Shown: positions 9,655 through 20,195, counted from the stretch's first letter. The stretch: 64,000 bases of DNA from an uncultured delta proteobacterium (GCA_963771175.1 CAVYSY010000044.1:96001-160000), one strand, 5' to 3'. The notes: generated by a model not told the origin, from the sequence alone. Translations and numbers: made by a program.

Positions 9655-10377
9655 CTAGCGCCCGGGCTTCACGGAGTAGGCGCCCGTCCGTGGGTCCACC
9701 GACACCCGGGGAGGGCGCCGCGTCTCCTCGAAGAAGCGCCAGCCCGGCTCCAGGCCATGCCAGAAGGCCACCAGCGCCGGGGTGGCCCCGGGGTGCTCGG
9801 CGAGCGCCGCCAGCCCCTCGGCGTCCAGCCGGCGAGGAAAGATGTGGATGGGCACGTCCCGCCTCATCTTCGTCCGAGCGCCCAGCACCATCAGGTACAG
9901 CTCCTCGATGGGGCCGTCCTCGATGGCGATGCAGCCGATGCTCAGGCAGTTGCCGTGGATGTAGATGGCGCCCCCCAGCGGCCGCTCGCCCCGGAGCCGA
10001 TCCGCCTCGTTCGGGTAGCTCACCCGCATGGACAGGTGGAACTGGCTGCGCGGGTTGAACTGGTCGAGCGTGTAGAAGCCCTCCGGCACCTGCTCATCGC
10101 CCTCGCGCCGCTTGGGGCCCACGTCCCCCGAGGCCGCGCAGAAGGAGAACGTCTTCACCTTGCGCAGCGGCTGGCCCCGAGCCCCCGCCCACACCTCCAG
10201 CACCCGCTCCTGCTTGAGGGCCCGCACGTACATCTCCTCGGGAGGCCAGGAGACACCGGCCGCCGCGAAGGCCTCGGCCACCGCGCGCTCCTTCGCCCGC
10301 CGCGCCGCCTCCACCCGGTCCTTCGCCTCCGCGGAGAGGGCCGCCACCAGTCCCAGCAAGAAGAGCAGTCGCGCCAT
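9655..10377 (-). CDS. YkuD-family L,D-transpeptidase-like protein (DpaA/LdtF-like)
   Basis: Signal peptide; GPKRREGDEQVPEGFY, YPN..D, IYIHG..LSIGCIA catalytic H/C motif. Confidence 0.9.
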   Translation of the reverse strand: MARLLFLLGLVAALSAEAKDRVEAARRAKERAVAEAFAAAGVSWPPEEMYVRALKQERVLEVWAGARGQPLRKVKTFSFCAASGDVGPKRREGDEQVPEGFYTLDQFNPRSQFHLSMRVSYPNEADRLRGERPLGGAIYIHGNCLSIGCIAIEDGPIEELYLMVLGARTKMRRDVPIHIFPRRLDAEGLAALAEHPGATPALVAFWHGLEPGWRFFEETRRPPRVSVDPRTGAYSVKPGR

Positions 10378-10451
10378 GCCTCCCTGGACGCCTCGCGAGG
10401 CCTTGGCGTTTCACCGGAGGACGTGTGCTCCTGTCCCCGGCCGGGCCCGCT

Positions 10452-10799
10452 TCACCGGCCTCGCCGCCCGCCGCCCATGGTGGTGAACCAGGCGGAGCCG
10501 GCGCGGTCGTCGTCCTCCCCGGCCGACGCCTCGAAGAAAGGGTCCCCGAAGGAGGCGTCCTCCTCGGCCACGGGTCCCCCCTCCTCGTCGATCGACTCCA
10601 GCGCCATCGACAGCCCCACCCCCAGGAAGCCCAGCAGCGCCGCACCGGCCAACGCCAGCTTCAGCTTCATCCTCCGCAGCCTCTGGGCCTCGCGGCGGAC
10701 ATGGAGGAGTTCTTGACGGCGCTCCTCCTGCTCGGGGGTGGGTCTCCGTTTCAGGGGGAGCCGGATGACGGGGGCGAGTCCAGGCTCATCGGGGGGCAT
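10452..10799 (-). CDS. Small single-TM hypothetical protein
   Basis: One hydrophobic helix; occupies the gap upstream of the YkuD gene. Confidence 0.5.
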   Translation of the reverse strand: MPPDEPGLAPVIRLPLKRRPTPEQEERRQELLHVRREAQRLRRMKLKLALAGAALLGFLGVGLSMALESIDEEGGPVAEEDASFGDPFFEASAGEDDDRAGSAWFTTMGGGRRGR

Positions 10800-10966
10800 G
10801 CGGCCATTCTAGCCCAGGCCGCACGAGGAGGAATAATGCAGCACGTCCGGACGACCGCTCCTCCTCGTATCCGCCCGGCAACGAGCATCCGGAACGAGGC
10901 GGGCCCCTGGCGCATCCCACCGTACGGCCGTGTGCGCTACGCGTTCCAGGGACATAGCGTGGAGCC

Positions 10967-12490
10967 GTGCTGGCCCTACATCCGAGCCCGACAGCCCCCG
11001 CGTCACTGCGCGCCATCGCCGCACTGTTGCTGCTGTGCCTCGTGGCCTGCGCCGGCCCGGCACCGGGCATGGGCACGCTGCGCTACGACACGGGAGGGGC
11101 CTCGCGCCTCCACCAGGGTGCTCCCGCTTCGCGCTTCGCTCCCTCCCGGGCCTCTCGTGACCTGAGCCCGGAGGAGGCCGCGCACTGGAAGGCCGTGGAG
11201 GAGAAGCTGGAGGAGTACCTCCAATGGGGCATGCGGTTGATGGAGACTCATGCCGCGCACCTGCGCCGCATCGCTCCCGGCCACCTCCTCACCGAGCACC
11301 CCCTGCGCGAGAAGTCCCTCGACGCCCTCATTCGCGCCACCCTCGCCTGGGCCTACTCCCATACCGAGGACCCGGACTTCCTCCGCCGCAGTCCCTCAGA
11401 GGTAGCCCTCTACCTGCTGGCCAGCCGCTCGGCCCTGTCCACCGCCATCGAGCTGGGCAAACGCGCTCCGCCCCACCTCGACTACTCGCCTCCTCCCGAG
11501 GACGCGTACACCGACGAGGAGTTGGTGGCGGAGCTGCTCATCGGCTTCACTCCCGTCCTCGGTGATGCCACGGACCTCGCGGCGGCCATCACGGGCGAGA
11601 GCTACACCGGCCATCCGCTCAGCGACACCGAGCGCTTCATCCATGTCCTGGGCGCGGTGCTGCCCTTCGCCAACGGCAAGCTGCTGACGAAGGGCGGAGA
11701 GGCGACGCTGGGGAGGGTTGCGCTCGTCACCGGCAAGAGCATTCATGAGGTGCGGGTGCTCTCCCGCGTCGCCTCCCACCTGAGCGCCGAGGACGTGCAA
11801 GAGATTGAGCGCGTCCTCCAGCGGGCCGCGGACAGGGGCGGGATGCTGGCGGATGAGGAGCTGGCCTTCCTGGAGCGGATAGCCGGCAAGCTGCAGAAGC
11901 CCTTGAGCGAGGCCGCCGAGTCCCTGCGTCGTGGGGAGAAGTTGCCGCTCCTGGGCGCACGCACCCTCGCGAATGGCACTCGGATGCTGCCCGGTTCCCC
12001 CGAGCACCTCGCCCAGCGCTGGGTGGACTACCAGTTCCGCCACCCGGGCAAGTACCAGCGTTTCTCCTATGCCGTGGACCCCGAGTGGGAGCGCCTCTAC
12101 CGCTCCATCCTCGCCAACAAGCCGGCCGGAAATGCCTTCGAGGACTCCATCCTCAAGGCCCAGAGCTACGAGAAGAACGCCGCGATGATGATGCCCCCAC
12201 CGGGCAGAATGGAACAGGGCTTCATCCCGGACTCGGTGCGCGGCAACCCCGCCGAGCTGGTATGGGGTCAGCCCTACCGTTTCATCGAGGCCAAGGGCCG
12301 CCAGGAGCTGGCGCTCACCGGCAACATCAAGGCCATGATCGAGTATGTGCGCGAGCACGGAGGCCACATCGAGCTGTGGATTCGATCCGCCCAACACCCG
12401 TCAGGCAAGACTCGCCTCACGACACCTCTCCAGGACGAACTGAACGAGCTCATTCGCGATGGCAAGGCGGCCATCAGGTACTCTCCGTAG
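10967..12490 (+). CDS. Lipoprotein polymorphic toxin (pre-toxin TG motif + PD-(D/E)xK REase-fold tip), SitA-like
   Basis: Lipobox LVAC; LLIGFTPVLGDATDLAAAITG pre-toxin TG motif; C-terminal E...FIPD...FIEAK. Confidence 0.75.
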   Translation: MLALHPSPTAPASLRAIAALLLLCLVACAGPAPGMGTLRYDTGGASRLHQGAPASRFAPSRASRDLSPEEAAHWKAVEEKLEEYLQWGMRLMETHAAHLRRIAPGHLLTEHPLREKSLDALIRATLAWAYSHTEDPDFLRRSPSEVALYLLASRSALSTAIELGKRAPPHLDYSPPPEDAYTDEELVAELLIGFTPVLGDATDLAAAITGESYTGHPLSDTERFIHVLGAVLPFANGKLLTKGGEATLGRVALVTGKSIHEVRVLSRVASHLSAEDVQEIERVLQRAADRGGMLADEELAFLERIAGKLQKPLSEAAESLRRGEKLPLLGARTLANGTRMLPGSPEHLAQRWVDYQFRHPGKYQRFSYAVDPEWERLYRSILANKPAGNAFEDSILKAQSYEKNAAMMMPPPGRMEQGFIPDSVRGNPAELVWGQPYRFIEAKGRQELALTGNIKAMIEYVREHGGHIELWIRSAQHPSGKTRLTTPLQDELNELIRDGKAAIRYSP

Positions 12491-12504
12491 AAGTCACCTC
12501 GCAC

Positions 12505-13266
12505 ATGCGACACTTCGAAACCGAAATTGAACTGCCCCCGGGCCTTCTCCCGACCACTGTCGTGCGGGAGTTCCTCCGGCTCGGCCTCGAGCAGTATCGG
12601 TGGTTCACCCCCATGCGGTACGGCACGGGCACTCTCAGGCATGAGCTCGACCCCAAGCACATCGACTTCGATGCGCTCCTCGCCTTCTACGAGGAGCGCG
12701 AATGCCTGTGCATCGCAGCCAAGACAGACCAGGACTTCTTCTATCTCTCCCCCGCGAGACCCGAGAGCCAGCGCCGTATTGGCAGGCTCAACCTGCACAC
12801 CCGCCCCAAGAGTGCCAACAAGCCCGCCTGGCGTGCCGCGCACATCGAGCAGGTGACCGAGCTTATGCGGCTCCTGCGTTCTCCATATGCATTCGCGGGC
12901 CTCGATGAGGACATCGAGAGCAAGACCCAGCGGCTGGTGCCCGAAGAGGTGGGTCAGAGGCTGGACTTCACCGTGCGCAACTACAGCGAAGGGCTCGCCG
13001 GGCTCTTCTGGCGCAACTTCTTCGGGCCTCCCTTCGTGCGCATGTTCGGCGAGCGCCTCGCCTCTCTCCCCGCCGAGTACCGCCAGGACCTCGGCAATGG
13101 CCTCGTCCTCGTCCAGCCCTACGCCCTCCCCTCCGACGCCGGCACCGAGCAGGGCAACGCCCAGGAACGCTCCCTCATCGAGCACCTCGGGCCCGAGTGC
13201 TTCTACGACCACTCGCGCCACCTCAAGCCTTCCCGCGTCCCCGTGCTCGAGGACTCCGGAGCGTGA
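12505..13266 (+). CDS. Putative cognate immunity protein
   Basis: Starts 14 nt after toxin stop, no signal peptide, aromatic GLFWRNFFGPPF motif. Confidence 0.65.
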   Translation: MRHFETEIELPPGLLPTTVVREFLRLGLEQYRWFTPMRYGTGTLRHELDPKHIDFDALLAFYEERECLCIAAKTDQDFFYLSPARPESQRRIGRLNLHTRPKSANKPAWRAAHIEQVTELMRLLRSPYAFAGLDEDIESKTQRLVPEEVGQRLDFTVRNYSEGLAGLFWRNFFGPPFVRMFGERLASLPAEYRQDLGNGLVLVQPYALPSDAGTEQGNAQERSLIEHLGPECFYDHSRHLKPSRVPVLEDSGA

Positions 13267-13300
13267 ACGTCCGCCCGGGGATGTGACAGGCTCCCGCGCC

Positions 13301-14338
13301 ATGCTCCCGTACGAAGCGCTGGAGGCCCTGGCTCGCGAAAAGCTTCCCCAGGCCGTGTTCGACTACTTCGCCGGCGGCTCGGGCGAGGAGTCCACCCTCG
13401 CGGACAACTCCGCCGCCTGGGCCCGCCTCCGCCTCCGCCCTCGCGTCCTGCGCGACGTGTCCTCCGTGGACACCTCCACCGAGCTGCTCGGCGTGAAGCT
13501 CGCCGCCCCCGTGCTCGTCGCCCCCACCGCCTTCCACTCGCTCGCGCACCCCGAGGCCGAGCTCGCCACCGCCCGTGGCACCCGCGAGGCCGGCTCCCTC
13601 CTCGTCCTCTCCTCGCGCGCCTCCCGCCGCATCGAGGACGTCGCCGCCTCCGCCGGTCCCTGGTGGTTCCAGGTGTATGTCTTTCGCGACCGCGGCCTCA
13701 CCCGCGCCCTCGTCCAGCGCGCCGTCGCCGCCGGAGCCCGCGCCCTCGTCCTCACCGGCGATACCCCCGCCGTGGGCCGCAAGCGCCGCAACCGTGGCGA
13801 CTCCACCCTGCCCCTCCCCGACGAGGACTTCCTCGCCAACCTCGAGGGCCTCACCCACCGCTCCCTCGCCGAGCAGGCCTCCGACACCTCCTTCGCCGAC
13901 CTCGACCGACTGCGCGAGGACTCCGGCCTGCCCGTGCTCGTCAAGGGCGTGCTGCGCGCCGATGACGCCCGCGAGTGTCTCCACCATGGCGCCGCCGGCC
14001 TCATCGTCTCCAACCACGGCGGCCGGCAGCTCGATGGCGCCCTCGCCACCGCCGACGCCCTCCCCGAGGTGGTGGAGGCCGCCGACGGCCGCGTCCCCGT
14101 CCTCGTCGACGGCGGCGTGCGCTCCGGCCGGGATGTGCTGCGCGCCCTCGCCCTCGGGGCCCGCGCGGTGCTCCTCGGCCGGCCCGTGCTGTGGGGGCTC
14201 GCCACCGGAGGCGCCGACGGCGTGCGTCAGGTGCTCGACTCCCTGCGCGAGGACACCGCCCACGCGCTCGCGCTCGCCGGGGCCAAAGACATCTCCTCCG
14301 TGGGCGCGGACCTGCTCGCCCCGCCCCGCCGGCCCTGA
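13301..14338 (+). CDS. FMN-dependent alpha-hydroxy acid oxidase/dehydrogenase
   Basis: FDYFAGG, LRPRVLRDV, WFQVY, VKGV, SNHGGRQLD, DGGVRSG motifs. Confidence 0.95.
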   Translation: MLPYEALEALAREKLPQAVFDYFAGGSGEESTLADNSAAWARLRLRPRVLRDVSSVDTSTELLGVKLAAPVLVAPTAFHSLAHPEAELATARGTREAGSLLVLSSRASRRIEDVAASAGPWWFQVYVFRDRGLTRALVQRAVAAGARALVLTGDTPAVGRKRRNRGDSTLPLPDEDFLANLEGLTHRSLAEQASDTSFADLDRLREDSGLPVLVKGVLRADDARECLHHGAAGLIVSNHGGRQLDGALATADALPEVVEAADGRVPVLVDGGVRSGRDVLRALALGARAVLLGRPVLWGLATGGADGVRQVLDSLREDTAHALALAGAKDISSVGADLLAPPRRP

Positions 14339-14382
14339 GCGCGCCTCACGCCCGGGACCGGGCGGGTGGATTCCGTACCGAG

Positions 14383-15119
14383 TCAGAGGCCGGTGCGGCG
14401 GGCTTCGAGCCGCGCCTGCACCTCGCGGATGATCCGCACGCAGAGAAACGCCGCGGCGATGGTGCTGACGGACCAGGCGAGCCCCACCCCATGCGCGACG
14501 AGCGGCGGAGTCAGCAACGGCAGTCGCCCGTGCATCCGTCCCACGACCCGCGAGACAACGAACGTCCCCCACCACAGGCCCAGGTGGAGCGAAGCGGCGA
14601 GGGACCGCCCCCCACCTCCTCCACGATGCTCCGCACCACACGGAAGGGCTTCACCAGGTTCACGAACGGCACGAACCAGCACCCCACGGCCCACCCGGGT
14701 GTCGCCCCCACCTCCCGGCCCCAGGCGTTCAGTTGCCGGACGACCCGGTGCAGCCACATCAGGTAGAGGATGGGGGTGACCGGGAGGATGAACACGCCAG
14801 GAATGGAGAGGAGTATCTCCAGGGTATCGACGGTATCGCTCGCGCCGGGCACCAGGAGGCCCCAGAGATAGATGAGCAGGCCCGCCACTCCCACGCCCGC
14901 CGAGAGGCGAAGGAAGCGCACGGCCCACCTGGCGCGCGCCCCCGAGGAAGGGACCGCCGCCACGTTGCGGCCGATGCACTCCCGACACAGCCCGCCACCG
15001 CTCACGCACGGAACGCAGAGGTATCGCCCACAGCGCTCACACGTCGTCACCGCGACCCGCGTCGGGTGCCGGGGGCACATCGGCCGGGGGGCGGGTGAAA
15101 CCTCGGAAGCGCTCGTCAT
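14383..15119 (-). CDS. DUF4328-like membrane protein with N-terminal B-box-type Cys/His motif (frameshift near 14610)
   Basis: CPRHP...CERCGRYLCVPC; WLHR...TPGWAVGCWFVPFVNLVKPF motif. Confidence 0.8.
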
Positions 15120-15167
15120 GATGCGTGACTAGGAGCTTCCGGAACCCGGGTCAACCCGCCGAGCCGC

Positions 15168-16128
15168 TCAGGCCGCCTGCTGGGGCGCGGCAGCCTCGGG
15201 CTCGGAGGACAGGTCCTCGGGAGCCTCCTCCGGCGAGGAGGAGGGCGCGAAGTTGGCGAGGGCCGCGCTGGAGAGGATGAGCACCCCGCCCAGCAGCAGC
15301 GAGGAGTCCACGCGCTCGCCGAGCATCACCACGCCCAGGAGCACGGCCACCAGGGTGTCCAGCACCGGCATGGCGCCGACGACGACGAGCGGCATGCGCG
15401 GCAGCAGCCAGAAGAGGAGCTGGTAGGTGAGGGCGGTGGCGCCCACCGCGAGGTAGGCGATGGACGAGCAGGGCGCGGGGCGTCCAGTGGGCGGGCAGCT
15501 GGGACTCGAAGGCGAAGGCGCCGGCCAGCAGCAGCACGGAGCTGCTCAGCGTCTGCACGCACACCGAGAGCCCCGTGGACACGTGCCCCAGCGAGCGCCG
15601 CACGAGGATGTTGGCCAGCGAGATGGAGACGGTGGCCACGAGCGTGAGCAGGCACCCGAGCACCACGTGCCCGGAGAGGCTCAGCCCGTGCAGGTGCTCG
15701 CGCTGGAGCGCGAGGATGCCGACGAGCCCCAGCCCCGCGGAGACGAGCTTGGCCGGGGTGAGCGGCTGGTCCGGCAGCAGCATGCGCCCCACCAGCAGCA
15801 GCCACACCGCGTAGGTGGAGAAGAGGAGCGCGGACCAGCTCGACGGAATCCACTGCTGGGCGATGAAGAGCAGCGCGTAGGGGAGGGCGATCTGCAGCAC
15901 CCCCACGCCCATCAGCATCCACCAGGTGCGAGCCCCCAGGCGCACGCGGAGGATGCCGCTGAAGGGCAGCAGCACCAGCCCGGCGAGCATCATCCGCGAG
16001 CCGGCGAAGAGCAGGGGTGGCAGGTCCTCGAGGCCCAGCTTCACCACGGACCAGGTGGAGCCCCAGAGGACGAAGCAGGCGATGTAGGCGAGGAACAAGC
16101 GAGCGCGGGACGCCCCGGGAACAGACAT
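15168..16128 (-). CDS. EamA/DMT transporter (frameshift near 15460)
   Basis: LWGSTW...PPLLFAGSR; about 10 TM segments; C-terminus LGVVMLGE in a second frame. Confidence 0.9.
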
Positions 16129-16239
16129 GGCGGCGCCCCCTACCATGCACGCCAACCCTCCGCCATGCACCGCGCGTCCAGAGCCGGGCCGAGCCGATGC
16201 GGATTGCTTGAGGCTACGAGAAGGGCGAGCGAGCCCACC

Positions 16240-17517
16240 TCACGGCGAGCCACTCACGCTGACGCGCTCCTGGACCATCTCGAGGTCGTTGCCCACGGGC
16301 ATCACGGCCTTCTCCACCATGCCCTGGGCGTCCACGGTGAGGGTGGCCTTCACGGGGCCCGTCTCCACCGTCACCTCCCGGCCCTCGGGGGACTCCTTGC
16401 GCCACACCTGGAGCAGCGGCGCCACCGGGTTGGCCGAGGGGCTGTAGGCCTGCAGCGTCAGCTCCTTCTTCTTGCCCGGCACGAGCTGCTCACGCAGCAG
16501 GCGCGCGGTGCCCGGGTCCGTGACCAGCTCCTGCGAGGCGGTGAAGGTGCCGTTCAAATCCTTGCCGCTGTGCTTGCCCTCGTAGCGGTACTCGCGGCCC
16601 TTCACCTGCTCGAGCGACATCTGGATGTCGAGCTCGCCGTTGGTGGCCCGGGCGTAGTCGCGCGCCACCAGCCGGCCCTCCTTGTCCGAGAGCTCCGTGG
16701 AGACGGTGTCCTGCACCATCATCTCCCTGGGCGAGCGCGGGAAGAAGAGGCTCATCTCCACCTCCGTCAGCTTCGAGCCGCCCGCGGCATCGCGCACGGT
16801 GCGCTTCTCGAAGCCCACCGGGTGGCCCTGCACGCGGATGACGTGGAACTCGGAGTAGCGCGGGGCGGGCTTCGTCTCCCCGGCGCTCTTGAGCGAGCTG
16901 GCCAGCCCACTCGTTATCCGCTTGAAGCTCTCCGAGTAGCCCAGCTCGTCGTGCGAGCACACCAGGGGCACCTGCTCATGGGTGTGGACCATCAGCTTGG
17001 CCAGGCCCGCCGCCTTCCCCCGCGGGGTGTCCACGAGGTACCGCGCCTCGGCGTACACGGTGGGGGTGTCGGCGACGAGCCGCACGTCCGTGGTGCGCGC
17101 GAGCTGGATGTCGGTGTGCTGCCCGGCCATCTCCAGCATGCGGTAGATGGCGCCCCCCGCGTCGAGCGGCTCGGAGTAGACGAAGCACGTCACGGGGCTC
17201 CGGGTGCCCACGGGGACACTGAGGATGAGCAGGCCCTGCTGCTGCTGGAAGGAGGGCGCGGCCGAGGCCTCCACCTCTCCCGTGAAGGAGCCATCCGGCG
17301 CGGACACCTGCTGCTTGGAGAGCGGTGGAACCTCGCGCGCGGCGAGCGCCTCGAGATCGACCTTCTGCGCGGAGGGGCTGGCCGGAGCCGGGGCCTCCGA
17401 CGACTCGGAGCGAGCGGGAGTCGCGGAGGGGCCGTCGGTGGGGGGCTCGGACCTGGAGGAGGCCGTGGTGGCACAGCCGGTCAGCAGGCCCAGCAGGAGG
17501 GTTGTGCGCAGCCTCAT
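16240..17517 (-). CDS. Hypothetical lipoprotein
   Basis: MRLRTTLLLGLLTGC lipobox, Pro/Ser linker, strong codon bias. Confidence 0.8.
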   Translation of the reverse strand: MRLRTTLLLGLLTGCATTASSRSEPPTDGPSATPARSESSEAPAPASPSAQKVDLEALAAREVPPLSKQQVSAPDGSFTGEVEASAAPSFQQQQGLLILSVPVGTRSPVTCFVYSEPLDAGGAIYRMLEMAGQHTDIQLARTTDVRLVADTPTVYAEARYLVDTPRGKAAGLAKLMVHTHEQVPLVCSHDELGYSESFKRITSGLASSLKSAGETKPAPRYSEFHVIRVQGHPVGFEKRTVRDAAGGSKLTEVEMSLFFPRSPREMMVQDTVSTELSDKEGRLVARDYARATNGELDIQMSLEQVKGREYRYEGKHSGKDLNGTFTASQELVTDPGTARLLREQLVPGKKKELTLQAYSPSANPVAPLLQVWRKESPEGREVTVETGPVKATLTVDAQGMVEKAVMPVGNDLEMVQERVSVSGSP

Positions 17518-17732
17518 TCTCGGTGTCTCCGGAAGGTGTCGCGGGAGCCAGCATGGCTCCGACGCGCGCGCGGCACGGTAGCGGGCGGACTCGGGGCGGT
17601 GCCAGCCGCGCGAGGCACCCACGAGGCTCGCGCGGAGTGAACGCGCCCCCTCGGGTGCAGCCCGCGTGGAAATGCACAGCCCGCGTGTGGAGCTCGGTGC
17701 CCGAGCGCGCTCGCTCGCTCGTCCACCAGCCC

Positions 17733-18134
17733 TCAGTGCCTCGTGAGCTCGAGCTGCTGGCGCAACTCCTCCAGGTCCACCGACAGCCGCTCCAGCGTGT
17801 GCCGCATGGGCTGCCTGGGCAGCTTCACCCAGCCCACCGCCGCGCACACCGCCGCGAGGACGAAGACCGCTCCCGCGACGAGAAGCGCCCCCGCCCACAA
17901 GGGCAACGCCAGCGCATCCGCTCCCGCCGTGAGCAGCAGCGCCAGCCCCACCAGCGACAGCGCCGCCGCGCCTCCCAGGAACACGCCCGCCAGACGCGCC
18001 GCGCGCACCTCCTCGGAGAGCTCCACCTTCGCGTGCAGCAGCTCCGCCTTCGCCAGCAGCCGCGCCTCGTTCATCGCCCGGCGGACGAGCTCGTTCGTCG
18101 ACAAGCCCGCCTCGGGAGTCATCCGGCTCTCCAC
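17733..18134 (-). CDS. Phage-holin-superfamily-like (DUF1469-type) membrane protein
   Basis: EL..AK.EL N-terminal helix, two TM segments, P...TLE.L..D C-terminus. Confidence 0.8.
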   Translation of the reverse strand: MESRMTPEAGLSTNELVRRAMNEARLLAKAELLHAKVELSEEVRAARLAGVFLGGAAALSLVGLALLLTAGADALALPLWAGALLVAGAVFVLAAVCAAVGWVKLPRQPMRHTLERLSVDLEELRQQLELTRH

Positions 18135-18172
18135 GGCCTTCCTCCTCTCGCCCGACGCCGCGCGGCGTCACC

Positions 18173-18346
18173 TCACGTCGCCCTGTGACTCCGCTCGGAG
18201 GCGACGTTCAGGATGGACAGCACCACCACGCCAATGGCCACCCCGAACGTGAGCCACAGGAACCAGCCCACCACCCCGCCCTGCACCAGGGCGACCACCC
18301 AGAGGGCCAGCAGCCCCAGTCCCAACAGCAGGTAGAGAATCGGCAT
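18173..18346 (-). CDS. 57-aa two-TM membrane protein (below ORF-track cutoff)
   Basis: GAGGAGGAG RBS; MPILYLLLGLGLLALWVVALVQGGVVGWFLWLTFGVAIGVVVLSILNVASERSHRAT*. Confidence 0.7.
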   Translation of the reverse strand: MPILYLLLGLGLLALWVVALVQGGVVGWFLWLTFGVAIGVVVLSILNVASERSHRAT

Positions 18347-18355
18347 GGCTCCTCC

Positions 18356-18574
18356 TCAGATGCGGCCGAGCACCCCGAGCAACAGCCTCGGAGCCACGTC
18401 CGCCGCCGTCAGCTCCAGGGCCCGCTCCCGCTCTGACTTCTCGACCGGCTCGGCCTCCACCGGCACGGCGGGCGGGGCGGCGCGGGCCTCGACCGTGCAG
18501 CTCGGCTGGCTCGCCGTTCCTCCTGCCGCGCCGAGGCCCACCACGGCCAGCGCTGCCATCAGCGGGTGCAGCAT
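18356..18574 (-). CDS. Small secreted hypothetical protein (72 aa)
   Basis: GGAGG RBS, signal peptide MLHPLMAALAVVGLGAA; tightly linked to the downstream small ORF. Confidence 0.6.
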   Translation of the reverse strand: MLHPLMAALAVVGLGAAGGTASQPSCTVEARAAPPAVPVEAEPVEKSERERALELTAADVAPRLLLGVLGRI

Positions 18575-18802
18575 CCCGTCCTCCCGGAGCCCATTCCGTC
18601 CGGTCAAACGTGGGACCCTGAACGGTTCCCGGCAAGGCAGGGCAGCCACTTCGAGCCCGCCTGACTGCGCAAGCGGTGGAGGCCTGGATCATCCAGCGCG
18701 GCTGGCCGGCCGCCTCCCCTGAGAGCTGGCGATGGGCCGCTGGGGACTCCGCACCGACCACGCCGCCAGGGCCACCGGGCACCACCTCCGGTCATGCTTT
18801 TC

Positions 18803-18833
18803 AAAAACCTGTCCGACTGTCGGACAGGTTTTT
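18803..18833. repeat. Palindromic repeat copy 1
   Basis: AAAAACCTGTCCGAC-T-GTCGGACAGGTTTTT, 31-bp perfect palindrome. Confidence 0.95.
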
Positions 18834-18904
18834 CGAACTCGAGCCCGGAGGGTCCCCCTTCCTTCGCGCGATGTGGGGACCCCCGGACGGACTCTCCGAG
18901 GAAC

Positions 18905-19225
18905 TCAGGCCTCTGGAGCGTCGACCAGGACCTCATAGGGATCGCACTCGACCCTGCGATAGGTCCCTTCGTCGATCGCGAGCGTATGGAACTCGTCCTC
19001 CCCCCGGTCGTTCTCGAAGTTCACTTCGATCCACAGTTGTCCGTCCCCGTCCATCATCCAGACCTTCCACAACAGCCTGGAGTCGATCATCCGCTGGTAC
19101 ACCTCGCTCGTGTCGGCGTGATGGGCGAGCTCCGGGTCGCTCGGGGGTCGCTGGTCCTTCGGCCGCCGCAAGTCCTCCGGAAGGGTGTGGACGCGAATCA
19201 GGAAGTCGATCGTCTTCTTCGTCAT
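18905..19225 (-). CDS. Hypothetical acidic protein, possible immunity/partner of the adjacent nuclease
   Basis: Globular 106-aa ORF downstream of the nuclease on the same strand. Confidence 0.6.
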   Translation of the reverse strand: MTKKTIDFLIRVHTLPEDLRRPKDQRPPSDPELAHHADTSEVYQRMIDSRLLWKVWMMDGDGQLWIEVNFENDRGEDEFHTLAIDEGTYRRVECDPYEVLVDAPEA

Positions 19226-19317
19226 GGCGACGGATTGAACCACCGTGCCGCCCTCGGATGAGAGGAAAACCCTGCGCAGTTGCCCATCCAGAGCGAGCCC
19301 GGCTCAGCGCTGACTCA

Positions 19318-20097
19318 TCAGTTGCAGCCCTGGCTCGACAGCCAGTTCACGCCACGCGCCCGCTCGTTCGTGCCGTTCGAGCCGCCGTAGTCCACGTTCG
19401 AGAAAGACATGGACACGTAGCTCCCCGTGGACTGGTTCCGGATCTCCATCGTCATGTTGTTGGGGATGAGCGCGGTGGAGTTCGGGTAGTTCGCACCGAT
19501 GTAGTAGCGCAGCCGGCCGGTCGGCAGGCTCCCACACGTGGCCATCTTGTTCTCGAGCTGCGCCCAGTTTCCACGGTTGAAGTTGGCATCCTGGGGCACC
19601 AGGTTCGCCCGGCCCCCCCAGCCCCCGAGCTGCGAGCCGATGAGGTGTCCCCCGTCATAGTCGTTGCTGGGGTTTTCCGCGTCGCCCCACTGCCCCACGC
19701 TCGTCTGACAGGAGTCGATGCGCGGCGCGGCGGCGATCAGCGGCAGGTACTTGTACGCCCGGTGCGGCCGGCCCGAGCCGTCGATGAAGAAGTACTCGCC
19801 GTCGAAGTTGTGCCAGAGGTTCCGGTCGCCCGACGGGAAGTACTTCGGGCAGTCGCTGATCAGCGCCTGGGAGACATCCCCGTGGATGACGTACCCGACG
19901 CCGTAGGCCTTCATCGCCTCACGGATCTCCTCCTCGGTGTGGCTCTCGAAGAACGCCACGAGGCCGCTCGGGCCACCGAAGTCCTGCTCGAGCTGACTGG
20001 CGACGCCTTCACCGCCCAGGTCCGTGTCCGTGGCGCCGCAACCGCCGAGCAACAAACCCAACACCGCCGCGACTGAAAGCTTGTTCATGGTGCGCAT
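19318..20097 (-). CDS. Lipoprotein DNA/RNA non-specific endonuclease (His-Me finger, Endonuclease_NS_2-like)
   Basis: Lipobox LGGC; DGSGRP, YDGGHLIG..LGG, NLVPQ..NFNRG.W..LE motifs. Confidence 0.9.
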   Translation of the reverse strand: MRTMNKLSVAAVLGLLLGGCGATDTDLGGEGVASQLEQDFGGPSGLVAFFESHTEEEIREAMKAYGVGYVIHGDVSQALISDCPKYFPSGDRNLWHNFDGEYFFIDGSGRPHRAYKYLPLIAAAPRIDSCQTSVGQWGDAENPSNDYDGGHLIGSQLGGWGGRANLVPQDANFNRGNWAQLENKMATCGSLPTGRLRYYIGANYPNSTALIPNNMTMEIRNQSTGSYVSMSFSNVDYGGSNGTNERARGVNWLSSQGCN

Positions 20098-20195
20098 TCG
20101 TCCTGCTCCTTCTGTATCGGGTTCGCTGACTTCGCGTTCCCAAATACCAAGAAAGCAAGAGGCGCACTGCAAAGGTTCTGCGAAAATCCGCTGCC

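Noticed and set aside
17733..18134. Prophage lysis gene
   Set aside because: No phage genes nearby; this holin-like family is commonly chromosomal
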